Origin: an uncultured Rhabdochlamydiaceae bacterium
GTDB lineage: Bacteria > Chlamydiota > Chlamydiia > Chlamydiales > Rhabdochlamydiaceae
Direction: 5' to 3'
NCBI GenBank assembly: GCA_963712275.1
Contig: CAVQHD010000001.1
Coordinates: forward strand, 1,248,001-1,312,000
Length of the DNA stretch: 64,000 nucleotides
Shown here: piece after piece, positions 56,134 through 64,000 of the stretch
How the letters are laid out: each line of letters begins with the position of its first letter
Position numbering within the stretch: position 1 is the stretch's first letter
The notes under the pieces: generated by a model
Seen by the model: the letters and a program-made list of their open reading frames with translations, nothing else
What the model was told of the DNA's origin: nothing
Databases searched by the model: none
Program-made: the position numbers and the translations under genes

Positions 56134-56748
56134 ATGGATGTTTATTTCGAAAAATTTCGATCTTTCGTACAGAAAGTTGTTCCAGCAATGACCGAAGATG
56201 ACCTCAAAACATTATCTTCAAAAGCTCAGAAGGCTGTCTTTGAAAAGGGTGATCTATTTGTAAAAGAAGGGGAGATCTGTCAGCGATTGCTCTTTATTCA
56301 TCAAGGGGTATTCCGTTATTACATTGTGCATGAGGGGTGCGACATCACAAAGGATTTTGCTGTAGATACGCAAAATCCTTTCTGTACTTCCTATACGAGT
56401 TTTATGCTTCAAAGACCATCCGAGATTTGGATAGAAGCTCTAGAATCGTGCCAAGTTTGGTCCTGGGATAAATCAGATGTCCAGCCGCTATTTCAAGACC
56501 ATCCCGCTTGGTTACGTTTTGCAAAAGCGATGGCTGAGCGGCTATTCTTCCGTAAGGAGCAAAAAGAAATAGAACTACTCAAGTGTTCTGCAGAGGAAAG
56601 ATACCGACATTTTTTGACCCATTTCCCTGGGTTATCGCAGAGGATTCCTCAATATCATATAGCGACCTACCTAGGTATTACACCGGAATCGCTATCGAGG
56701 ATTCGGTCGAAGCCGGGGATCACTGGCAGCAAAATGTGCGAGTCGTAG
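56134..56748 (+). CDS. Crp/Fnr family regulator
   Basis: cNMP-binding-like N-terminus; AEERY, IATYLGITPESLSRIR. Confidence 0.88.
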   Translation: MDVYFEKFRSFVQKVVPAMTEDDLKTLSSKAQKAVFEKGDLFVKEGEICQRLLFIHQGVFRYYIVHEGCDITKDFAVDTQNPFCTSYTSFMLQRPSEIWIEALESCQVWSWDKSDVQPLFQDHPAWLRFAKAMAERLFFRKEQKEIELLKCSAEERYRHFLTHFPGLSQRIPQYHIATYLGITPESLSRIRSKPGITGSKMCES

Positions 56749-58424
56749 TTTGCACCTGTCCAGATTGTAGTCATGGAAGCTGCGCGATCATTATGAAAGA
56801 AAGTGTCGGTCGTAGGGTCGTCAGTGCCACTGATAACCACAGCAAGGGTGGTTCCAGCCTCGAATACCATGCTCGTTGGCCATACTTCGATTTCCACTGC
56901 AGCGATTTCTCCAGGGGTTAAAGGGAGAATTTCATCATGTGTGAGATAAGGCTGGTAAGGCTTACTACGATTTGAGTCCAGTTTCCGATGTGATACACGC
57001 AGCCATCCTTTGGTTACAGGCCCTGGTGTAGGAGTAGTATTCACTTGAGTCATTTCCTTTCCATTGGAATCGATTTTTTTTAGAGCGACAAAGAGGTCTG
57101 CGTCATCTGTCGTTGAAGAGACCCAGAGTTTGAGCTTAATGGGCCCTGTGATCTCGGTATTTTCTGCAAACGGTGTTGTAAGAAATGTAGCAGTTTTTTC
57201 ATCATAATCAACCCTAGATACATTGGATTGTTCGATTGCATTCAAAGAGTTTGTACGACCATCCAGATAAAGTGGAGTCCATAGCGTACGGGCAAGAGGC
57301 CACTCATTTTCGTAGCGCCATGTATACTGGTCCCCACTGCCATGCCGAATGGCTAGTTTTATTGGGGGGATCGATAACATGCCATTGTCGATTCCTTTCA
57401 GAAATTGATCGAAAAATCGTTTTTGATCTGCAACGCCCTCTTTACTATAAAAGCTGCTCACATAGCTGCCCGTGTGCATCTGTAGCCATTTATGGGATGA
57501 GGATATTTGTTGAAAGCCTTCGATGTTTCCCTTTCCATGCAAGGAAAATCCACCCCAGTTACCTGATGAATAAACAGGAATTTGAATCTGTTTAAGATTC
57601 GATGCAGAAGGGAGAAACTGATTTGTCCAAAATGGATCTGTTGCCATCTCGGCTGTTGCAACAGCCTTTGGCCAGTGAGGGATCTCTAGATTTTGTGCTA
57701 AGATATCTTGGTTGATAGTGCCCTTTCCATACTGACCTGCTAGAACTCGACCGTGATACCATCCGTTGATGAAGGCATTAGAAAGGATTCCTCCTTGCCT
57801 TGTAGCATCGCGGTAAGCATCGGTAAATCCTTCCCAGGGGATGATGGCAGCGAGATGGGGGGGATGCATTTCGGCTGCAATCCATTGTGAGACCGCGTAG
57901 TACGAGACTCCAAGCATGCCGACTTTGCCGCTGCTCCAAGGCTGGGTGCCTAGCCACTCAATGACATCGTAGACGTCATTTGCAAATTCTTTCGATAGAA
58001 TACGGACTTCTCCTGGGGATTTGCCGCTTCCGCGTTGGTCAATACGTACGACGATATAGCCATCTTTGACCCATGTTTCAGGATCGGGGGTTTCCCAGAC
58101 CATATTTTCATTTTGGATAGGGGATTTAGAATAAGTCATTGGATCAAAATCGGCGAAGTGTGTCTCTTTGCAGTAAGGTCCATACGTAAAAATCACTGGA
58201 TACTGCTGATGGGTGTCAGAGGGACGAAAGACATCTGCGAAAACAGAAGCGCCATCTCGCAATGGAATTCTCAGATCTTTTTCAATGACCATTGCATACT
58301 GATGCTGCACAGCCCTGGCATCCATAGTAGGCCCAGAGGATGGAAAGGCTAGTAACAGAGCGCTAGAAAGTAGTATCGCCGCACAAATAGAAATTAAATA
58401 TTTGGCTCTCTTTTGTTGTATCAT
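56667..58424 (-). CDS. CocE/NonD family serine hydrolase, exported
   Basis: DQRGSGKS, GVSYYA, PepX_C-like C-terminus. Confidence 0.88.
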   Translation of the reverse strand: MIQQKRAKYLISICAAILLSSALLLAFPSSGPTMDARAVQHQYAMVIEKDLRIPLRDGASVFADVFRPSDTHQQYPVIFTYGPYCKETHFADFDPMTYSKSPIQNENMVWETPDPETWVKDGYIVVRIDQRGSGKSPGEVRILSKEFANDVYDVIEWLGTQPWSSGKVGMLGVSYYAVSQWIAAEMHPPHLAAIIPWEGFTDAYRDATRQGGILSNAFINGWYHGRVLAGQYGKGTINQDILAQNLEIPHWPKAVATAEMATDPFWTNQFLPSASNLKQIQIPVYSSGNWGGFSLHGKGNIEGFQQISSSHKWLQMHTGSYVSSFYSKEGVADQKRFFDQFLKGIDNGMLSIPPIKLAIRHGSGDQYTWRYENEWPLARTLWTPLYLDGRTNSLNAIEQSNVSRVDYDEKTATFLTTPFAENTEITGPIKLKLWVSSTTDDADLFVALKKIDSNGKEMTQVNTTPTPGPVTKGWLRVSHRKLDSNRSKPYQPYLTHDEILPLTPGEIAAVEIEVWPTSMVFEAGTTLAVVISGTDDPTTDTFFHNDRAASMTTIWTGANYDSHILLPVIPGFDRILDSDSGVIPR

Positions 58425-58589
58425 AAAATGTCATCTCCCTCTATTGGTTAAGCCATTAATGTAACTCAGGTCAAAATTTAGTCTCATTGATCTACGTTAA
58501 GAAATGACGTTTCCTTGCATGGGTTGTAGGCAGCGTGTTACAATTCTTGAAAGGTTTTAGAGGGATATGCAAGAACAAATTTTTTCGTC

Positions 58590-58680
58590 ACTGACGGTGA
58601 GCTAAGTCAGGGGGCAACTGTTTCCAAAATGGAAACAGTTCAAATGGAAGGGGAGCGTCAGGTTATACGCGAACAGACGC
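58590..58680 (+). pseudogene. Internal fragment of a RhuM-family gene
   Basis: Translates DGELSQGATVSKMETVQMEGERQVIRE. Confidence 0.5.
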
Positions 58681-58689
58681 TCCCTGTTT

Positions 58690-60522
58690 CTAAGTCTTTT
58701 TCTCGGATCGCTTGCGCTCGTTTTCCTTGAGGAGCCGTTTGCGTAGGCGGATTGACTTGGGAGTGATTTCGATCACTTCGTCTTCGTTGATGAAGTCGAT
58801 GGCGGTCTCGAGCGTAAATTTGCGAGGAGGGGTGAGAATGATGTTCTCGTCGCTGCCTGCGGCGCGGATATTGGTGAGCTGCTTCTCCTTGGTGATGTTT
58901 ACCATCAGGTCGTTATCGCGGCTGTTTTCCCCGACAATCATCCCTTCATAGACTTCTTCGCCGGGGCCTACAAAAAGAGATCCTCGCTCTTGAAGTGCGA
59001 AAGCGGCATAGCCAGTGACTTTTCCTTGGTTACCTGAGATCAGAACTCCTTTCAACCTACCGACAATCTCTCCTTTCCAGGGGGCGTAGGATTCAAAAAT
59101 TGAAGTTAAAATTCCAAGGCCGCGGGTGGCGGTTAAAAATTCGCTTCGGTACCCCATGAGCCCGCGGGTCGGCATGAGGAATTGAAGAGTTGTGATGCCG
59201 TGTTCATTGGTCTCAAGAAGGCGCATTTCGCCCCGCCGTCGAGAGAGCTCTTCGATGACCTTTCCTGAATATTCTTGAGGCACCTCGATATGGACGCTTT
59301 CCATCGGTTCACACTTTGCCCCATCGATTTCTTTGAAAATCACCCGAGGCTTGGAGATGACAAATTCATACCCTTCGCGTCGCATGGCCTCAAGTAGCAC
59401 GGCTAAATGCAATTCTCCCCGACCGCTGACTTCAATCGATTCTTCTCGGTTCGTCTCAATTTTAAGAGAGATGTTTGCCCGTTTTTCTTGCATCAGGCGG
59501 TCCCGAATTTTATTCATCGTTACGTTTTTTCCATCTCGACCGACAAAGGGTCCATTGTTGACCATCACTTCAATGGTAAGTGTCGGCTCTGCTAAATCGA
59601 TCGGTGGAAGCTGGACAATATGGGTGGGAGAGCAAAGGGTGTCTCCAATCGTCACATCGGGGATTCCCGCAATGCTGACGATATCGCCGACGCCGGCCTC
59701 GTCCATTTCGATTTTCTTCAGCCCCAGATACCCTTCAATGCGGACCACTTTATGTTCGGATGGATGCCCTTCTTTGTTCACCCTCGTAACGGCATCCCCC
59801 TTCCGAATCTTCCCTTCGAGGATTCTTCCGCACGCCTGCCGGCCCACGTAGTCATCGTAGGTGAGAGTTGTCGATTGCATGAGAAAAGGAAGATCTAGAT
59901 TGCCAGGAGGCGCAGGAACAAATTGAATAATCAGCTCAAAAAGAGGCGTCAAGTCGACTTGGGGGTCGGTTAAATTTTTCATTGCAACCCCTTTGAGGCC
60001 CGACGCGTAAATGACAGGAAAATCAAGCTGCGCATCGGTGGCGCCGAGCTCAACAAAGAGATCAAAGGTTAAATTTAAGGCACGGTCTGGGTTGGCATGA
60101 GGGCGGTCGATTTTATTTAGGACGACAATCGGTCGAAGCCCCATTTTAAGTGCCTGAGAAAGCACAAACCGGGTTTGAGGCATCGGCCCTTCCTGAGCGT
60201 CCACGATGAGTAGGACCGAATTGACAAGCCCTAGGACCCGTTCTACCTCTCCTGAAAAGTCAGCATGCCCAGGGGTATCGATAATATTAATTTTAAAATC
60301 TTGGAAAAAGACACTAGTATGCTTAGCAAAGATCGTGATGCCCCGCTCTTGTTCTTGATCGTAGCTATCCAGCACTCTTTCAGGAACTTTTTCATTGTCT
60401 CGAAAGATATTCGATTGTTTCAAGAATTCATCGAGAAGGGTTGTTTTCCCGTGGTCGATGTGGGCAATAATGGCGATGTTGCGGATCTTTTCAGGTGGAA
60501 AATATTTAGTGTATGCTGTCAT
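58690..60522 (-). CDS. typA: Translational GTPase TypA/BipA
   Basis: [31 protein letters not shown]. Confidence 0.96.
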   Translation of the reverse strand: MTAYTKYFPPEKIRNIAIIAHIDHGKTTLLDEFLKQSNIFRDNEKVPERVLDSYDQEQERGITIFAKHTSVFFQDFKINIIDTPGHADFSGEVERVLGLVNSVLLIVDAQEGPMPQTRFVLSQALKMGLRPIVVLNKIDRPHANPDRALNLTFDLFVELGATDAQLDFPVIYASGLKGVAMKNLTDPQVDLTPLFELIIQFVPAPPGNLDLPFLMQSTTLTYDDYVGRQACGRILEGKIRKGDAVTRVNKEGHPSEHKVVRIEGYLGLKKIEMDEAGVGDIVSIAGIPDVTIGDTLCSPTHIVQLPPIDLAEPTLTIEVMVNNGPFVGRDGKNVTMNKIRDRLMQEKRANISLKIETNREESIEVSGRGELHLAVLLEAMRREGYEFVISKPRVIFKEIDGAKCEPMESVHIEVPQEYSGKVIEELSRRRGEMRLLETNEHGITTLQFLMPTRGLMGYRSEFLTATRGLGILTSIFESYAPWKGEIVGRLKGVLISGNQGKVTGYAAFALQERGSLFVGPGEEVYEGMIVGENSRDNDLMVNITKEKQLTNIRAAGSDENIILTPPRKFTLETAIDFINEDEVIEITPKSIRLRKRLLKENERKRSEKKT

Positions 60523-60540
60523 GTTTTCTTGGGGTTGTTA

Positions 60541-61233
60541 TTAAATAGGGGCATAGTGCAACGAGGAAGAAACCAGATGTTTAGGGCGAAAAAGTCCAAT
60601 AATACCCTGGTGTGGTTGATTAAGGACTAAGGCGATGCATCGGAGGTTGTTAGAGGCAATCGCATTTACCCTTGGAGAACATCCGAAAGTGATCAATGCG
60701 AAGATTGTTGCCAAGGCTCCAAAGGCTGTTAGAGCAACTCCTATGATTGTCAGGACAAGTCCAGAGGCTAGTCCAAAGAGACGAATCCCAAGTTCCCTTT
60801 TCAAAAAATCGCCTGAGGTATAAAGCTTGTCGATTGTTGTTCGTTGAAAAAGAATGATTTGGCCTAGGTGCTGAGGCATATCCCAGGCATTAAGATAAGA
60901 GTTACTCATAGGTAATAAATCATTTTCTATGAGGCACGTTTCGATATTTGCTAGAGGATTGAGAACCAAGATTAAACGTGAGGCGACTCTTGAGAGAAGA
61001 GCTCCTGTATATCCTTGCAGATGTTTGCAGTGAACAGCTAGGAAGTCATCCCTTCCAAAAAGCGCCAGATCGACTACGGTACTGATAACCGATAGGATTA
61101 AGCAATAGCTTGCTTTTTGTATGTTGTCAACTGCATAGACTGCGTGCATGCCTCGCACATAAAACCCCTTGCCGACGTCCCATGCGGTGTCAGAGAGGCT
61201 TTTAGAGCTTGCGCCTATTGTATGTGCGGACAT
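60541..61233 (-). CDS. Hypothetical membrane protein
   Basis: Long hydrophobic C-terminal hairpin. Confidence 0.55.
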   Translation of the reverse strand: MSAHTIGASSKSLSDTAWDVGKGFYVRGMHAVYAVDNIQKASYCLILSVISTVVDLALFGRDDFLAVHCKHLQGYTGALLSRVASRLILVLNPLANIETCLIENDLLPMSNSYLNAWDMPQHLGQIILFQRTTIDKLYTSGDFLKRELGIRLFGLASGLVLTIIGVALTAFGALATIFALITFGCSPRVNAIASNNLRCIALVLNQPHQGIIGLFRPKHLVSSSLHYAPI

Positions 61234-61360
61234 AAAAACTCCTTGATGAGTTTAAAAGCTTATCAGGTGGGGAGGGGAAAAACAAGTTAAAAAAACGTAG
61301 GTGAAAAAAGCAGTAGACTGTAAACTTCTCGTGCGCACCTGTTGAGTGGGAGACGAAGCA

Positions 61361-62821
61361 ATGGAAAGAGAAAATTTTAACTCTCAGCCTTCTTCTCCTT
61401 CCTCTTTGATGAATTCCAAAACAAGCCAGCTCGATGATCTCTTAAAAGAGAAGCTCGATCAAGCGTTTCATAAGCACACCTCGAAGGTCATTTTAGACGA
61501 TATCGTTAAAATCGCCCGTGAACATTCTCCCATTGACCTTGCCTATGCGGCTTCTCGCCTTCCTCCCACAATCCGCCCAGTTTTATACGAAAACTTAGCG
61601 GCGCTTGAAGGAAAAATTGCCTTCATGGTCAATACCGATGTGAGCACGCGGGCGGCCATTTTTAGATCGATTGATGACAAAGAAGCAAAAAAATTAGTTG
61701 AACAAATGCCGCCCGATGATGCTGTAGCTGTCATGGAAGTGATGCCGGAAAAACGGTTTCGACGGGTGATTGAAATGGTCGAGCCTCAGAAAGCAGCCCG
61801 CATTCGAGAAATTAAGCAGCACCAACGGAATACAGCGGGGCGTCTAATGACAAATGAGTTTTTTGCCTTCCCAATGGAGGTAACGATAGGGGAGGCTGCA
61901 GCAGTGATTCGCGACCATCCAGGAATTGATCTCTCGCGTCAAATTTTTATTTTAAATTCAGAGAGGCAGCTGCAAGGATATGTCCCTGCAAGAAACCTGA
62001 TTGTGAATGCTCCTGAGATACCGTTATGGCAAGTGATGAGGCCTGTTCTTCATCAAGTGCATACAGATGCTTCTCGTGAGGAAGTGGTCGACATTGTGGA
62101 GCGGTATAAACTGGCGGCTTTGCCTGTTGTCGACTCGGGTGAACACCTTGTCGGGGTTGTGACGTACGAAGATGTGATGGAAGCGATTGAAGATATGGCC
62201 GACGAGACGATTGCCCAAATGGCGGGGATTGGGGAAAAGGTGCGGGAACATGAGCCGACGTGGAAGCGGCTTCTGGCCAGAGTTCCTTGGCTTGTGGTGA
62301 CCCTATGTGCAGGTCTTTTGAATGTGAGCTTGATGTCATCTGTTCAAGGGTATGAAGGGGGCATTTTAACGTTCGTGCTCTTCTTTGTCCCTCTCATGAC
62401 GGGCCTTTCTGGGAATATCGGCATTCAGTGCAGTACAGTGCTTGTTCGAAGCATGGCAACAGGGGGGCTTTCTCCAGGGACCAAGGGAGAGGCGATCTTG
62501 AAAGAGATGATTATTGGAGTTTCGTTGGGAGTGATTTTTGGAGTGCTCGCTGGGTTTCTGGTCTGGGGGCTCGATTTGATTGGGATTTCAGGTAATGAGA
62601 TTGTGCCGACACATGTTGGACTGATTGTCAGTGTGGGGCTCTGGGGGGCCTGCCTTGCCAGCACTCTGCTGGGGGTTTTTTCCCCTCTCTTTTTCGCCCG
62701 TATTGGGGTTGATCCCGCGATTGCCGCAGGTCCTATTGTCACGGCCTTTAATGACTTTCTCTCGATGTCAATTTATTTCTTAATTGCGCTTGGATTAAAT
62801 GCGCTGATGGCGGGTGTCTAA
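61361..62821 (+). CDS. mgtE: Magnesium transporter MgtE
   Basis: CBS pair, RVPWL, GNIGIQ, DPAIAAGPIVTAFND. Confidence 0.92.
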   Translation: MERENFNSQPSSPSSLMNSKTSQLDDLLKEKLDQAFHKHTSKVILDDIVKIAREHSPIDLAYAASRLPPTIRPVLYENLAALEGKIAFMVNTDVSTRAAIFRSIDDKEAKKLVEQMPPDDAVAVMEVMPEKRFRRVIEMVEPQKAARIREIKQHQRNTAGRLMTNEFFAFPMEVTIGEAAAVIRDHPGIDLSRQIFILNSERQLQGYVPARNLIVNAPEIPLWQVMRPVLHQVHTDASREEVVDIVERYKLAALPVVDSGEHLVGVVTYEDVMEAIEDMADETIAQMAGIGEKVREHEPTWKRLLARVPWLVVTLCAGLLNVSLMSSVQGYEGGILTFVLFFVPLMTGLSGNIGIQCSTVLVRSMATGGLSPGTKGEAILKEMIIGVSLGVIFGVLAGFLVWGLDLIGISGNEIVPTHVGLIVSVGLWGACLASTLLGVFSPLFFARIGVDPAIAAGPIVTAFNDFLSMSIYFLIALGLNALMAGV

Positions 62822-62854
62822 ATGACTAAAGCAAAAGAAACAGACTACGAAGTT

Positions 62855-62975
62855 ACAGAGAAAAATTTCTTTTTTTCTCTGTGCAATCTCATCCCTCTCC
62901 GTGTCTCGGTGGTAAAAAAATGTAAATAAGCCTGACTCGACAAAAGTTTTAAATATTTGTTCTCATTTCCTATGC
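62855..62975. repeat. Palindromic element family A, right-arm copy
   Basis: CTCTGTGCAATCTCATCCCTCTCCGTGTCTCGGTGG...TTTCCTATGC. Confidence 0.8.
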
Positions 62976-63064
62976 TTTGCCTAGTGCAGAAATCGGTGTT
63001 GCAGATAAGGACGATTTCCGATATTCTGATGGTAGGCTTCATAAACTTTTTCGCTCCGGTTTTC

Positions 63065-63376
63065 ATGTTAAAAAAAAGGACAAGTTTACCTCATCGGCAT
63101 CTAAAAGAATTGCTCCCTTCTTTTTTAAAAGAAGTAGAGACTCGATATGAAGAGAAACCAGACAGGGTGCTAAAGGGATGGGCGGAAGTGGCCGATCCGA
63201 AATGGCGCTCAATGACGGAAGCTTGTTCTTTTGAAAAAGGGATTATTGTGGTAAAGGTGGGAAACGCGGCTTTATTGAGTCTGCTGATTCGACAAAAAGG
63301 AGCTGGTTTATTAAAAAAACTGCAGGAAAAGTTTCCTGAGAATTCGATTAAGAAGATCAATTTCCGCATAGGGTAA
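63065..63376 (+). CDS. DUF721/DciA family protein
   Basis: WAEVA...GIIVVKV...INFRIG; upstream of gyrB. Confidence 0.75.
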   Translation: MLKKRTSLPHRHLKELLPSFLKEVETRYEEKPDRVLKGWAEVADPKWRSMTEACSFEKGIIVVKVGNAALLSLLIRQKGAGLLKKLQEKFPENSIKKINFRIG

Positions 63377-63384
63377 TATAAGGT

Positions 63385-64000
63385 ATGACGACAATGACGC
63401 AAGAGAAGGAAAGCATCTACGATGCAAGTTCAATTACCGTTTTGGAAGGGCTTCAAGCGGTTCGCGAGCGTCCAGGGATGTACATTGGAGACACGCATTC
63501 GGCAGGTCTTCACCAGCTTGTTTATGAGGTTGTCGACAACTGCATCGACGAGGCTCTTGCCGGCTATTGTTCTGAAATTATTGTGACGCTTCTCAAAGAT
63601 GGGTCAGTGGCGGTGGAAGATAATGGCCGTGGAATTCCCATCGGTCGTCACGAGAAGGAATCAGTTAAACAGGGTCGCGATGTATCGGCCTTAGAAGTGG
63701 TCATGACGATCCTTCATGCGGGAGGTAAATTCGATAAAGCAACCTATAAAGTCTCAGGAGGGCTCCATGGAGTGGGGGTCTCTTGCGTTAATGCCCTTTC
63801 TAAAAAACTCCATGTACAAGTGTACCAGAATGGAAAAAGCTATGAGATGGACTTTGCACGGGGAAAACCTGTTTGCGCTCTTAAAACTGTTGGCGAGACG
63901 ACCAAACGGGGAACCCTTGTTCATTTTTGGGCGGATGACACGATTTTCAGCCTTATCCATTACGATTACGATATTTTACTCAAAAGGCTGAGAGAGCTTG
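63385..64000 (+). CDS. gyrB: DNA gyrase subunit B (partial)
   Basis: [50 protein letters not shown]. Confidence 0.95.
   Translation, partial: MTTMTQEKESIYDASSITVLEGLQAVRERPGMYIGDTHSAGLHQLVYEVVDNCIDEALAGYCSEIIVTLLKDGSVAVEDNGRGIPIGRHEKESVKQGRDVSALEVVMTILHAGGKFDKATYKVSGGLHGVGVSCVNALSKKLHVQVYQNGKSYEMDFARGKPVCALKTVGETTKRGTLVHFWADDTIFSLIHYDYDILLKRLREL

Noticed and set aside
54890..58690. att duplication of the tRNA-Ser 3' end
   Set aside because: No repeat was found by eye and there is no integrase
59333..59851. Long antisense ORFs in typA and similar shadow ORFs in other genes
   Set aside because: They overlap well-supported genes and have no recognisable motifs

Overview
The window is chromosomal DNA from an environmental member of the Chlamydiota. 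Evidence: an Npt-type nucleotide transporter, DUF1207, DUF648-like and F-box proteins, the nusB-murB and infC-rpmI-rplT-pheS (no pheT) gene order, and cdaA-ybbR. Positions ~4505-21626 hold a ~17 kb island integrated in a CAT-anticodon tRNA, with a 47-bp att duplication and identical arm-type repeats at both ends. It carries two tyrosine integrases, a rep-like gene with internal iteron-like repeats, defence-type genes (AEP-primase/helicase/DUF559, FRG, AbiEi/AbiEii plus a phosphoesterase), a lysozyme-like/RsiV-like pair and an NTT-LysR-HAD module. The rest is mostly core genes with putative effectors, an IS66 between duplicated genes and IS200/IS605 end remnants. Two families of long palindromic elements are dispersed through the window. 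One copy has a 14-bp target-site duplication and sits directly upstream of a GxxExxY nuclease gene; another interrupts a methyltransferase gene and offers it a new start. A degenerate ThrRS-like protein occupies the usual thrS position before infC. All calls come from reading the sequence and recalling motifs; no searches were run.
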